Positions 13,761-27,089 of a stretch of DNA of 64,000 nucleotides are shown here, piece by piece. How positions within the stretch are numbered: position 1 is the first letter of the stretch; each line of letters starts with the position of its first letter. Both the position numbers and the translations under genes were made by a program. The notes under the pieces were generated by a model, which saw only the letters and a list, made by a program, of their open reading frames with translations, ran no database searches and was not told the origin of the DNA. The stretch is from Octopus vulgaris (taxonomy: Eukaryota), in assembly GCA_951406725.2 (NCBI GenBank), contig OX597814.1, positions 156,426,001-156,490,000 on the forward strand, written 5' to 3'.

Positions 13761-13948
13761 CTGACAGACATACATACATACATACAGACAGGCAAAGATT
13801 GATGAGTTTCTTCCAGTTTCTGTTTGCCAAATCTACTCACAAAGCTTTGATCGGTCCGAGTCTACAGTAAAAGACACTTACCCAAGGTTCATGCATTGGA
13901 ATTGAACCTGAAACCATGTGATTGGGTAGGAACCTTCTTACCACACAC
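13495..13948 (-). mobile_element. SINE family A, diverged, with internal (TAGA)n expansion
   Basis: Reverse complement of the family A tail at 13500-13550 and of the head and core at 13810-13948. Confidence 0.85.
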
Positions 13949-14059
13949 CCACATATATATAATATGCATGTGTGTATGTTTTTGTATGTGTATTGCTGTT
14001 TATGTGTATGTGAGTTCTATACGTGTATGCGACTGCTTGTATGTTTTCAACCAAGGAAC

Positions 14060-15990
14060 CTGAAATAGAGAATTTATGGAAAGCTTTACAAGATTTTCCT
14101 TGTACCACTAATCGATTGCATTTGGTGAATGCAAAACAGTTTGCATTGTTATCTTTAGAAGAATCACAGTATTTGTAGACTTCTATGCGAATATGTCGTT
14201 GTGTAGACCCGGTAAAAACGAAAATCAATTTCCCGGATATAAGAGCAGTAGGTTTCTCATTAGTTCTTCACAGATTTTCTCCTTTTCCCCAATATTTAAC
14301 ATCTCCATAACAGTGAAATACTTCTGCTTCCTGTCACATAGAACAGTACCTGGCTCAATGTGTTCTTTGAGGGGATATTCCACCAGTATTTTTTTTAATA
14401 CATTCTTGTTCTAGAGTGCATTAAATAAAACCAGTAAAATAATCCTTTCTATGTAAAGTATTGTAGAGGGCTTTATCGACTATGTTCTACCTCATGTATA
14501 GACCTCTATCTCAAGTATAGGTCTAGAAGCAACGTTTTTTTCTCTTGTTGATCAGATATCTAATAGCTATTTTTCTGATCCTGTATGGGAAAGGTGTATT
14601 CTTCTGGGTGAGATATGATGCATTTATCATAGATCCACAAGAATATACTATTCAAATCAATGTTGATTGTACTTCCTAGCTTGCAGTTTATTAGTCGCAT
14701 GATTTTCTGTTAGTATGATGAGTATTTCTCTTCGAAGTCTCTGCATGGTTAGTCCAACCATTTGTTCATCACCTCTTCAGGAGTTCTTTGTTTACTTTCA
14801 TGATGTTATTCCGTCTAAATCGCTACTGCCGATATTATATGTCGTTGGAGAGCTCTTTGCACAGTAACTACTCTGAAACTCATTTAACTATATTGCACCA
14901 TATTTATATCCTTTACATTCTAGACTTCACCTCCAAAATAACCTGAGAGAAGGGACGTTTATGACCTATGATATACAACTTGTACTTAATGCAAACTTGT
15001 GATTAGGTCATACGTTCTACTAAGTTCTTACAATAAAGAAGTTTTAACTCTCCCCTCACTAACGCATTTATTCTCGACAGTTCTAGTAGAAATTAATCTT
15101 TCATAAAGTCGTAGCTGCAAGTTTGCGGATTTATTATTCTCTTTGTCCTCGGTGATAATATCTAATTGTTCAAAAGGTTTTCGGAGTCTACTAACATTTA
15201 TCAGGAGAGAAGTCATCCGTTTTGCTTGGGTCTTTTCTTTATGATCGATCTCCTGTTAATTTCTTTTGGTGAATTGTAACAGCAGCACAGTATAGCAGGA
15301 CATCCAATGTCCAAAAGCTGTAATTTTCGATCTGTGCTCGATATGCGTGAGCAAATTAGTCGATGACGGATAATCAAGTTGGTAGGTTTTCTATCGATTC
15401 GTGTCATAATTATTCTGTCATGTAATTATTTATTAATATAAATGATGTAGCTTTGTTTTGAATGTTGCTGTTAACTGTGATTTGAGTTGTTTATATTTTT
15501 CACACATTTCTGTTAGTTCATTAGCAACTACAACACATTAGTGTTCTGCTTACGGTTTCTGAGGCTAGGAATCTACTGGTCTGTTAAGGCTTTTATTTCG
15601 TGTGCGATGTTGATGGGCTCATTAAAGTTGACTTACCGTAGGTCTTTAGCACCGAAATACAAATAGTGGAGACATTCAGGTCTCTGTAACTTTTCGTCAT
15701 TTTCCTGTCGTTTATCTTGGGATCTACCCTCACTTTTCGATAGCCCTGATGCCTTGATTCACTTCAAGCATCCAATGAAATTTCTCTTCATAATTCCACA
15801 ACCGGCGATAGCTGAGCCTGTCATTTGCTTCCTGTCTAGCTATGGTATATGTGATAGTACTTCCTTGAGTTTGAATTTCACTTTATTTTCACTGATTGAA
15901 TAGTTTTACAGTCTTCTCTTAAAAGGGTGGGTTATATTGGCATTTATCTGAAGAAGATAAACAATGTTTAATTAGATTTCTATAAAAGTT
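14060..15990 (-). mobile_element. Decayed RLE-type LINE, same family as 7490-8272
   Basis: Minus-strand remnants GEKEKICEELMRNLLLLYPG, YWWNIP, QSISGT..CKAFHKFSI and WIYDKCIISHPEEYTFPIQDQ. The 5' boundary is approximate. Confidence 0.75.
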
Positions 15991-16371
15991 TTAAAGAGGA
16001 GTACTCTTTATAAAAAAGATTAATACGCCAATGCGACTGATTTCGACTACATATTGTATGTATATATGTGTTTGTATTTAAATAAGCACACACACACACC
16101 TCAGTTATTCATCAGTCTAAAGAAAGGCACATTCTAAAAGAGCATATTGAGCAGTAATATTTTAGTTGTTAGTTATTGCCGGCGAGAAAGATACCATTGG
16201 TTTCACGTCTTTTATTGTTCTGCTGGTTGGGGGACATAAACTCTTTACTCATGTATTCTTACTTTCATTAATAAAAAGGTTATATGCTTCTGACCAGCAG
16301 GTCTGATTAGTCACCTGTATTGCCAAGAGCAATAACACTGTAACACAATGTTTGTGCTAGGGTAATAACTG

Positions 16372-16770
16372 TTATTTCCTATTTGCTTACTCATAGAAAG
16401 TATGGAAATTGCTAACGTTTCCTTAAAATTTTGCTTTTGTTACATTTATTCAAACCTCAAGAATCTCTCTCAATACATGGCTAAAAGTTGCTTTCCTACT
16501 ACTCCTACTCCTGATCAGAGATGCACATATTGCCAGATACTAAGGGACATACTCAAGTGGTTAAGATCAAGCAACTAAGAAGCAAATCTATTGAGCAGAA
16601 TACTTGCTATAACGATATTTCTGCTCCAGCAACTCAGCACGGAATCTGTCTGAATTGTGATTAAAAATACATGAGTTTCAAAATATTGATGCCCGAGTCA
16701 CAAAAGCAAAGTTTGAAGGGAACAGTAGTTATTTTCTATTGATTTCTAGATAGAAACAAATAGGAAATAA
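16372..16770. mobile_element. MITE-like element with >=70 bp inverted repeats enclosing a segment shared with another repeat
   Basis: TTATTTCCTATTTG..TTTGCTTTTGTTAC (16372-16443) is inverted at 16697-16770 and may extend weakly to ~16278/16860; the interior 16447-16610 matches 28609-28781. Confidence 0.7.
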
Positions 16771-17249
16771 TACTCACTGGCCAAAGACGAAAATAAATTT
16801 TAATGTTGCTACACTGTGTAATATACGTGAAAAAATGTTAACTTCCTGACCGGTCATAACCTACACGAACTGTTTTCGCTGTGTTATGTATTTCTTTCTT
16901 TTTTACATTTCTTTTTATTGATCTTCTATGATAATGAAGTTGTATCCCTTAATTTGCTGCTTTTGTATACACATACCGAGAAGAAAACTTGCGGAACACG
17001 CGTTATTTTAGCAGGATACATCTTGTAATCACATGAAGAGACACATCTACACCGATGGATACTCCTAAACCAGTTGTTCAGTACCCCACTCGTGAAGGAT
17101 CGATGCTAGATGGGTCAGAACAATTGTAGTGATCAATAAACATTCTCCTATCTTCCATATTCCGTCTCTCTCATTAATTAATTATCTGTGTATGCGTGTT
17201 TATCTATGTATGCAGGTATATATACAAATATATATATATATATAATATA

Positions 17250-17545
17250 TCTAAAATTGCTAATAACCATTACCTAAAACTATATTTTCATTTGATTATT
17301 TGATGCTATTCTATTTTCATCTTACCCCCATTCTTGACAAACTGGAATACACTAACACACTTTTACATCTTTCTAACTTCTCCCTCTCTGATAACGGCAT
17401 GATCAGCCTATGGAATCCTTACTGAATATGATGGTTCAGATGCTTGGATACTCTAGAAGTAGCTATAAGAGACTCTGTATATCTATATTCCCTATCTAAA
17501 TTAAATGTCTTTTTCAAGCGATGCCAAACAGCTTGCTTTATATTT
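17250..17545 (+). mobile_element. Degenerate pLTR-like element with decayed hammerhead remnant
   Basis: CTCT-CTGATAA..long stem II..GAAG-TAGCTA-TA-AGAG at ~17384-17471, next to (TA)n; the core is mutated. Confidence 0.4.
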
Positions 17546-17714
17546 TTACTTTAGCCTTTATCTACCAGCTCAAGGAACAGCCATCTCTAGCCGCTTCTCA
17601 TAGGCAGTCACATCACCTCGTTCAGGTGCACTTCAGCAGTAAATCAAAAAGCACAGATAGTACAGACCTAAGTCAGTTAACAAAAAGCTCCTTACATATT
17701 TTCTACATTCATAT

Positions 17715-18165
17715 AATGAAAATCGTCTCAATGCATCGTATAAACTACTGAAAAAGGCTGAAAATCCTTGAAGACCTTGTATCAAACTTTGATATTGAAG
17801 GTTACACAAGTTGGAGAGCGGGGCGCCACGCCATAGTGTCAAAGATTTCACCCTTGCCATCAAAATGCAGGACCAGATACTGCAACAGCTTAGTTTTCAA
17901 GGGCCCACAGCTCTTCAATATCCTTCCAAAATGCCTGAGAGGCCTGCATGGTGTGAATGTAGGTGTCTTCAAAACAAATCTGGGTTTCCTCCTGTCAAGG
18001 GTTCCAGATGAGTCGACCTCACGGCAGGAAATACGGATGAGGACAGCACCATTAAACTCCATTCACCAAATGTCACATATCAGAAGAGGAGTAATAATGA
18101 TGTAGCACAACTAACTGTGGTACCCCAGCATGACCGCGGCTTTAAAGATGAAATAAGTTAAAGAG
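17715..18165 (+). mobile_element. CR1-group LINE 3' fragment
   Basis: KIVSMHRINY*KRLK..ILEDLVSNF..RYCNSLVFKGPQLFNILPKCLR..FKTNL..VPDE is the typical post-RT C-terminus of CR1-group ORF2, followed by a CCCCAGCATG tail. Confidence 0.75.
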
Positions 18166-18175
18166 TTATATGTGC

Positions 18176-18253
<78 letters not shown>

Positions 18254-18795
18254 TTCGGGATGGTCATTTTTTTTGCCAAGTATATAAACAAATAATTTTC
18301 TGACCGGCCATAGTCAACGTCTACACACGCACACACACATATCGTGCATACATATGTGTATGTGTATATACACATATATACATATGCATATGTGTGTGTG
18401 TATATATTATCAGAAATATCTACAATATAGATTAGTAACATTGTCTTGAATATACAGCAATTACGTCTATCAATTAACTTATATATTGTTTTTCTTTGCT
18501 TTGCTCTTCATTCTGGTCCGTGACTTTTTTTATGCCTAGTGCACGTGCTTGTGACCACGTTAATGTGCGTGTGAACGTCTGTGATTATATATCTCGATTT
18601 CGGATAGAATCTCATCTGTCTGGGTATCTATTTTCCCCTCCTTTTGATCACAATGTCTGAATTCTGACTTCAGTCAGTTTGGATAATTTAGTTTCTATTT
18701 TGGGGTTATTCGTAATCGTGTAGAATGAGTATGCGTATTTATACAAACATACACACACATATATATATATACATTAGAGTCTGTGTGCTTATCTT

Positions 18796-18850
<55 letters not shown>

Positions 18851-19272
18851 CTTATATGTGGGTGTGCATGTGTGTGTCTGGTGTGTTTGTGTATTATGTG
18901 TGCATGTCTATATCTTTATGTATTTATACGTGTGACTTTGTTTCGCATTTGTAGATTTGTTTGTGTTTCTTCTTTTCATATCATTATATCATTTAACAGA
19001 ATAATTGCTTTACTATCGTTTGGTTACACACATTTATATATAAATAGCTTTATTTCTTACGAGCTTTGTATTAGAACTGAGGCCATGCTGAGGAATCTCA
19101 TTCAAGAATTCTAATCACTTATACTGACAGTAACTCTTTGTCTGGTACTTAATTTATCGGTGTCAGAGACACAAAAGACAAAGTATATATGTGTCCAAAG
19201 GATATAAGCTAGGTAATTTTGTTCATTACACTCTCATACACATACACGCGCATTACATTCTCTCAAGACACA

Positions 19273-19341
<69 letters not shown>

Positions 19342-19444
19342 GCATAACATCCGTTAGTAATTTTTAGTATCTACATTAGATAGACACTAGCGTTAAGGTA
19401 CACAGTATTACAAAAATTGTGTGTGTGCATATATATATATGACC

Positions 19445-19637
19445 TCGTGAGCACCGCCAGTTTCCTCTGTCTTCCCTTCTCGGGATCTTTCCTTCTCCTT
19501 TGTTTCCGACGAAGAGCTCCGCTCGAAACATTAAACCCTCCTTCTTCCCTTCTTTCCTGAGCGTCCAGTAATACTTTATTTGTTCCACGTCCTCGCGTTG
19601 CTGTGTTTTTTTTTGTGTTTTCTTGTTTGGATTAACT
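19445..19637 (+). mobile_element. Short pLTR/retrozyme-like element with hammerhead motif at 19502-19536
   Basis: GUUU-CCGACGA-A-GAGC(UCC)GCUC-GAAA-CAU-U-AAAC, flanked by (TA)n. U4C and a broken stem III palindrome suggest this copy is decayed. Confidence 0.65.
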
Positions 19638-19669
19638 ATATATATATATATATATACAAATATATATTG

Positions 19670-20713
19670 ATGATCTGGCTCTGAAGCTGTGAAGACTTCC
19701 TCTGTAGAAGTCGGTAGGTTGCTTCTGGAGCCAAGACGTTACCTCGGAAATAAGTTCATCATCATTCTAAAAGTGCTTCCCCTTCAAAAAAGACTTCATG
19801 TTTGGAAAGATGGAGAAATCAGATAGTACGAGATCGGAAGAGTAAGGGCATCCTGCAATTTCTGTTGCAGAGAAGCATAATATTCTCCGTTAATTGAAGT
19901 GCCATTTGCCAGAAAATTTATCATAACTACTCTGCGCTGGTCCCCAAAGTCTGTGAGCATCATCTTGCCTGTTAAGGGTTGGACGCGAGCCTTCTTTGGA
20001 GGTAGTGAGTTATCATGCTTCCATTGCTTCGACTGGACTTTAGTCTCAGAATCATTGCGAAAGTCCTATGTTTCATTCTGTGTGATAAGTCTCCCAAAAC
20101 TGTCCTCCTCGTTTTCTTGGCACATCACCAAATGAGCTTGGGAGCAACTGACTCGTTCCTGCTTCTGAAAAGGTGTGAGCGTCAGGGGGAATCCATCGTG
20201 CAGACAACTTCCACATGGTGCAAATGGTCGTAAATAATTTTTTTCTACTGACCCTAAACTTATCTTCACTTCTTGGGATAGTTGCCGAATAATTATACAG
20301 TGATCCTCCAAAATGGTGGCTTCCACTTTATTGATGGTGTCGTCATCAATGGCGGAATGTGATCGTCCAGGAATAGGAGCAGTTTCCATCGATGTCCGAC
20401 CACATTTGAACTGCCAATTCCAGTGTGTAGTATAATGGTGCATCGTCAGGAAAAACTTATTTCATCTCTTCAAAAGTTTCTTTTGGTGAACAACCTTTCA
20501 TGTATAAGAACATGATTATTGATCTGCATTCAACGGCCTCCGTTACAACACCTTAGTCCACTTCAGCAGCCGTAAAAAACAAATGAATACTAGTGGAAAA
20601 CTGCAATTTACAATGTGACATGTAGAGACGAGTATGATTATAACTGTTCAAATTCTGTTTCCTATAATAACCGGAAGTGGATCAGGGAAAATCTTTAATT
20701 AACACGTCTCGTA
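19670..20713 (-). mobile_element. Mariner (DD34D-type) transposon remnant, 3'-truncated
   Basis: TIR-like TACGAGACGTGTTAATTAAAG at the 5' end; HTH segment GRSHSAIDDDTINKVEATILED..IRQLSQEVKISLGSV; LITQNET (VTGDETW equivalent); DLVLSDF.IFPNMKSFLKGKHF. Multiple stops and frameshifts. Confidence 0.85.
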
Positions 20714-20727
20714 CATACATACATACA

Positions 20728-20758
<31 letters not shown>

Positions 20759-21921
20759 GCATGTACGTTTATATACATAGACATGTGGTATTATGTTACT
20801 CACAAACGCGCTCTAGCCTCTTGCTGTTCACTGGTGCATTGTCCCTTATCTGTGCCTACTCCACCGTTACTATCATGCCCCTTGATCCAGAGACTTTATC
20901 AACCGTTTTCTATCAGACGTTTCAGCCATCACAGTAATCACTACCTCTATCCTGTTTCCATATTATCGGTTTCCAGAATCCATTCCCGTCCGGTATTTTC
21001 TTTGTTTCATTTTCCCGCCCGCAATGGTTCACAAGGAATACTATTTCAGTCAATCTTACCTGTCCAGGTCCTACACGCGCGCGTGTATGTATGTATGTGT
21101 GTGTGTGTTACTGTGTGTGTGTGCGTGTGTGTATAAGCCTATGTGAGAGTTTCTCTCATAGTATCTCATAGTAAAGTTTATTCTAATAGAACATCCACGT
21201 TCAAGTGGAAATAAATATTACTTCCCGGTATTAGTACTGCCTCTATCGCTTATGTATATATTTTTTATGAGAATGTTAGTCGATTTTCTTTTATGATCTA
21301 TTAAAAACACAACTATGTTCAATGTTTATCTTTTTTTAGTTAAGAAATTTCATTTTTCCTCAGTGCTGTGTCTGTGTGTTTGTGTATTTTAACAACAACT
21401 AAATACGTTTCGTGAATTTCCCATTGTTATTTATAAAATAAGCTGCCTTAAAAGTGGGTTATCCCACGTTCTGCAGTTAAAAGGCAAAGGGTTTTGCGAT
21501 GATGTTAGAATAGATAATAATCAACATCGCCGAATTTAAAATTATATAACGATAAATCCGAGGAAATTTCACACCCTCGGGTTCTGTTAAATTTCAGTTT
21601 GTTTTTAATTATTAGTAAAACTTCGAGAGTTCTCATTTCTTTCTGGGATTCTATATTAAATCAAAACGTTATTAACTCGTATGACTTCATTCAAGTTTTC
21701 CGGCTAGAACGTGTTATATACAGGTTTTGAGTACATATGTGCTGCGGTAGAAGACATGCAAGTACCGCACCTAAAACTGTGTTGCAGGAGCGGTTGTAGG
21801 AGGTATATAGATGTCCATGTCTGTGAGCATTGTTGTATAAGGTTTCATTTACATATTATATTTAAAGTACCAATACCACACAAACCCACAAACCCACGCG
21901 CATACGTACATACATACATAC

Positions 21922-22010
21922 ATGATGGCTGCCCCCTCGTTGTCGAGTATGGCCATTGCACGAAGCTTAACTGTTATTGGTGCTGTGATCGAATGTGACT
22001 TTTTAGCCCA
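21922..22010 (-). mobile_element. Short 3'-end fragment related to the adjacent RTE-like element
   Basis: GCTGCCCCCTCGTT(G/A)TCGAGTATGGCCATTGCACGAAGCTTAA recurs at ~22074-22116; (ATGT)n tail. Confidence 0.65.
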
Positions 22011-22066
22011 CATACATACATACATACATACATACATACATACATACATACATACATACATACATA

Positions 22067-22621
22067 GATGGTTGCTGCCCCCTCGTTATCGAGTATGGCC
22101 ATTGCACGAAGCTTAATCAATGTTGTTATCGTGCAATGCCTGTGCAAGAATATTTTTTTTAAAGTGGGGAAAGGCTGTGCACTGAGTCAATTCCACTCAC
22201 TAAGCAACAGCAGCAATAATCCGAAAAGAAGAACAAGTCAACATCATCGGTAACCACTGAGCCGCAGGTTTTATATCGGAGTTATCCCAGTTATCTGAGT
22301 TACCTTCTCCTAGAAGGATACCCTAACAAAGGCTAGGAGTCCTTCACTCCCAATGGTTTAACCGCGAGATCGAGTATTCAGTTCGATTATTTCTATGTGT
22401 CCGCGCATGATCCAGCCTTAAGACATTTATTGGATGGCCGTTGACTCTCAAGAGTTCCTCCGCCCTTTGACGGGTTTTGTTTTTCATCCCGCAGGGTGTC
22501 CAATAAATACCCTCCTCACCAAGCAAGCTTGGTGGGGTTGCCGGTTTAGTCGCCGACGACCCGACCATGCAACAGGTTGTACTGGGTTGCATGTTACCAG
22601 TAGCACTCAAAAGTGGCCTGA
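22067..22621 (-). mobile_element. Non-autonomous RTE-like retroelement (5' UTR-like part fused to a 3' end) in (TACA)n
   Basis: GC-rich structured 5' part with an AGGAGAAGGTAACTC..ATAAAACC motif resembling RTE 5' UTRs; ends ..GAGGGGGCAGCAACCATC-(TATG)n; no RT or endonuclease ORF. Confidence 0.6.
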
Positions 22622-23471
22622 GATACATACATACATACATACATACGCGTATACATACATAAATGCTATATGTGTATATGCGTGTGTGCGCGTCAGAGAA
22701 GAGAGAGAAAGAGAGCATACATATGTTTAGGCCAACATATTTCAACAACCAGCTTATGGATGCGATGCTTATTCTCTCTAACACCTCTATAGCTACGACT
22801 ATATTTGGACTCTATATCTCTGAACCATCTATCAGCATTCTCTCTCTCCATCAAGGTTTGCTACCCAATACGTTATTCATCTTTCCGTTTCCGGAGTGTA
22901 CGTCATATTTCAGACCCAGCAACAAACAATTCCGCCTTTTTTTCTCACCCATGCCCTTTTCTTTTTATCCTATAGACACCGACTGAACATCAGCTGCATT
23001 CCGGCTGGCCTTCTGTATACAGAAAAAGAAAGCTAAGACAGACTCACACATTTAACAACACGCTAACGGACATAAAACCTCATTATTAACAAACACGCGC
23101 ATAAAAGAAATTCACAAGTAATTAACTGAATTTAATATAGTTACACTACTTGTCTAGCACACTAGAAGATTTTGGTTGCTATGGGAAACATTCTGTAAAA
23201 TAATGAATCTTCTTTGAGACTTTGATCTCTTTCTCACCTCAAAACACAGTTTTTACACGGCCGTCAGCACTGCGTCAACTTATGTTGGATAGTTTGATCA
23301 CTACTAAATCAAAGCAACACGCTACCCACACTCCTTTCATACAAGCGCTCAAGTCAGTTAAATGATCGTTCCGTTTACCAGTTAAGGCAGTGCTCCAGTA
23401 TTGTCGTAATCAAATGACTGAAACAAGTAAAAAAACATAAAAGAATAAAAGAATACATTATTAGCATCATC

Positions 23472-23503
<32 letters not shown>

Positions 23504-23528
23504 TATTATTATTATTATTATTATTATT

Positions 23529-23714
23529 CAGTAGTTTTATTTTTATAGCGTGATTTCACTTCACTACCGAGCGCAGCTCTGTGTGCCTTGGGTATGTGCT
23601 GTGATTTGTTGTGATGCTCTGATGGTTATTGTATGGAAAGTGCTCTGCGTAGGATGTGTGCAGTGCCTAGTCGTGCAATTTTCTGTATGTTATATGTGTT
23701 TGTAAGTCCTGGTG

Positions 23715-23717
<3 letters not shown>
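23529..23717 (-). mobile_element. Extreme 3' fragment of a Dong/R4-like LINE within (TAA)n
   Basis: KTPGLTNTYNIQKIARLGTAHILRRALSIQ* (the LQKxxLLGTAxILRxxL C-terminal motif) plus a short 3' UTR; (TTA)n on both sides. Confidence 0.85.
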
Positions 23718-23784
<67 letters not shown>

Positions 23785-23872
23785 CATCATTATTACTATT
23801 ATTATCATCATCATCATTATTATTATTATTATTGTTGTTGTTGTTGTTGTTGTTGTTGTTATCATTATTATT

Positions 23873-24117
23873 TGTTGTAGTGAAAATGGTACTCCCCTTC
23901 CCACGTGACAAAGTGGTATACTGGCAGCCACTATAAAGTCATACAGTCAGTCGTTGTAGGAGGTCAGTGGTAGTAGAGTCGTTGTAAGAGTTCTCATCTG
24001 GAATCTGAGTCAGTTACGTGATATATACGAGTTCGAGTTACCGTCAAGGTAGACGGTTGTAAGTCATTGTCTTGGGGACCTCTCAAAGATAATAAAACGC
24101 GGAATACCGCCACAACA
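23873..24117 (+). repeat. 5' LTR of a Gypsy-type retrotransposon
   Basis: Starts TGTTGT and ends ACAACA; contains TATAAA (~23931) and AATAAA (~24091); followed by PBS-like TGGCGAC at 24124. Confidence 0.8.
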
Positions 24118-25490
24118 TATTAGTGGCGACAAGAGTATCACAATGCAGACGACAACCCACAAGTAAACGAGGATCCACATTATAACAGTGGCGACAAGGA
24201 TATTAAAAACTCATGCGGACGACGTTGAAATTTTTTTCATGCGGAGAAATTAAAAACTCGACAGAGAAGTAACAAACATTATTGATGTATATATTTTATG
24301 AAAAATCAGTAAAATTATGGAAAACTTGTTAGAGGGTTTGTTTCAGTTGCAACAACTCAAAGAACTACAAGTGTTATAGCAACAAATGCTACAAGGTGGT
24401 AACAAAACCGGAAAATACTTTCTCGCCATACCATATAGCAAATTCAATAAATGAATTTCAATTTGTCTCGGAAGAAGGAATCACTTTCGAGGCATATTAC
24501 CGAAGATTTGAACAAATTTTCGAAAAAGAATGCCAAGACTGGACGGGCGAAATGAAAACGCTCCTAATTCTGAGGAAACTTGTGACGATAGAGCATGATA
24601 AATACTGTACCTTTATATTATCTAAAAAAAGTTTCTGACATAAATTTCACTGACACAATTGACATTTTATGTAAGAAAAAAAAAACATGGTTATTCAACA
24701 CATGTTGGAAGTGTTTAAACACGGAGAAAAGCGATGACGAAGACTTTACCACATATGCGGGAAGAGTGAATAGCGAGTGCGAGTGATTTAAAATGGATAA
24801 ATTAACTCCAGACTCGTTCAAGTGCCTAATGTTTGCTCGGAGATTTACTACTAAAAAAGGACGCAGAAGTCAGAACGAAAATTCCTGCAAAGCTGCAAAT
24901 GAACTAGGATATAACTCTCCAGAAACTGTCAGAAGTGAGCGATAGGATATTAAAAGGCACGACACAGAAGAGATCCAACGCAGAGATGGTTTACAGATAA
25001 AACCAGTGTGAAAAAGTCGGAAGACGGATAAAGCCTTTTACAAAATAACATGTTATATATCAGGAGATAAATCCATGTATGGCATGTGGTGGTAGGCATC
25101 TGAGGAAAGAATGTCCGTTCAAAAAAGCGAAGTGTTTTCGCTGCGGGAATACAGGACACATTAAATCGCACTGCAGAACTAAGACGACGAAAAATTGGAC
25201 CAAAAGAGAGAAAAATGTTTGTACAACGAACAGAAAATTCATCAAGGTGAGAATTGAATCCACTAGTGTCAAAATGCAATTAGACACGGGTATTGAGATC
25301 ACTATCGTAAATGAAGAACCACGACGACAAATCGGTAAACCGAAATTATTTAAGTCAAGTAAAGTCGCAAATGGTCGTATGGAAAGTAAATTATGTTTCA
25401 TCGGTGAATGTATTTGCAATGTAACAATTCGAGGTGGAACGGAAAGGACAATAATTTGTGTTGAAAAAATCACTAAACCTATTTGGCACA
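24118..25490 (+). mobile_element. Gypsy (Mag-like) gag-protease pseudogene; RT, integrase and 3' LTR absent
   Basis: Gag segment ITFEAYYRRFEQIF..LFNTCWKCL..EDFTTYAGRVNSECE; tandem zinc knuckles CMACGGRHLRKEC and CFRCGNTGHIKSHC; protease motif MQLDTG. Frameshifted. Confidence 0.85.
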
Positions 25491-25584
25491 TGATGATGAT
25501 GATCATGATGATTATGATGAACGTTCGTTACTACAATATATCAAAGATTACGTGATGTAATACACCAATCATTTTTCAAAAAGT

Positions 25585-25800
25585 CTGCGATCTGGCAGAA
25601 TCATTAGCGCTCCGGCTGAAACGCTTAACGGCATTTCGTCCGTCCTTATGTTCCGAGTTCAAATTCTGCCGGGGTCGACTTTACCTTTCATCCTTTCAGA
25701 GTCGATGAAATAAGTACCAGTTACGAACTGAAGTTTATGTAATTGACTATAGGTCCCTCCCACAAAATTGCAGGTCTTGAGCCTTTAGTAGAAAGGATTT
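25585..25800 (+). mobile_element. tRNA-derived SINE family B (Nin/Deu-like central domain; octopus OK-type)
   Basis: CTGGCAGAATC.TTAGC..GAGTTCAAATTC..GTCGACTTT.CCTTTCATCCTTTC..GTCGAT.AAATAAGTACCAG; many copies in the window. Confidence 0.85.
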
Positions 25801-26669
25801 TCTTTCAATTCGTTTGAATGAAAATTAGAGATTTAGCCGCTCTTTGTAGCATTTCGGGTAACCACGAAAAGATACCACCAATTTGCTTCTTTGTTGTTTA
25901 TCCCCAGATCTAAAGCATTCTAAATATGGTCACCAAATCAATTGTCTTCTTTTAATTTTTCTGTGAACTACATTATCCAAGGTCTCCTTCATTTATTTCA
26001 GACAGTGAGGTGCATTGTGAGGCAGATTCTCTGTTGCTTCTATCAAGTCGAATAACTACGTAGTAGCTTTCCCTCTGTTTCATTTGCTGATTTCCATGAT
26101 TGTCGTTTATGTTGGGACAGATAACTAGTTATGGTGATTATTCTCCAAAATTTAAATTCGTTTGCTGACATTCATTGTCTTCTGTATATTGATATTCAAA
26201 ATTTTCAAACAGCAGATGCTTTTCCGTATTCTCCATTGTCATCCCTCTATAACATCCGATATTATAACACAGCCAAATTCTTTCAAGCCATCAGTCTTCT
26301 TTTGCCAAAACTACTGATAATCCATCTATTCATTAGCATGCCTTTTAATATAAAATGAATCCCAGCATGTATTTTACATCCATGCACATGATACGGACTA
26401 TCACCTCTTGTTCCATGCATAGTCTGCACAATTCTGATAATACTTCTTTTCTCTCAATTTTTCTTCCATGCCCTTTTTTCCTTATTATTTCTTCCTGCAT
26501 ATTAATTTTTTAAGAATACATTATTTTCCCAGAATGGTGGCTACGCAATTATCATTATTATTGTTGTTGTTGTTGTTGTTGTTCTTGTTCTTGTTGTTCT
26601 TGTTCTTGTTCTTGTTCTTGTTCTTGTTGTTCTTGTTCTTGTTCTTGTTATTCATTCTATTTATCATAG

Positions 26670-27020
26670 GTTTTTTTGAAACTCCTGGAGTCTTGCATGA
26701 GTAGTGGATTTGCTACCTGCAGCCTACCATGCTAATCGTTCTTTTCAGCTAATACTTTCCTGGTTATTCTGGCCATGCCAAGGAGGCAAACCTTTTGTAA
26801 CAGTTATATTCCTCTTGATGCCTTCGGATACTGTCCACAAGGACCCACCAATAATTGGCACTATCTTCACCGTCTTCATTTTCCATAGTCGGGCTAGCTT
26901 TTCACCTTCCTTCTTAACTATTCGTGGGGGAAGGGGGCATGCAACATCAACTATATAGCACATGTGGTATATCTTGCCGACCACAACTAGGTCTAGTCTG
27001 TTATGCTCTAGCATAGGAAA
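26670..27020 (-). mobile_element. Dong/R4-like LINE 3' fragment
   Basis: HNRLDLVVV..CYIVDVACP..LARLWKMKTVKIVPIIGGSL are RLE motifs; bounded by trinucleotide microsatellites. Confidence 0.7.
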
Positions 27021-27089
27021 GTAAATCATCATCATCATCATCATCATTATCACCACCACCATCATCATCATCATCATTATTATATGAAA

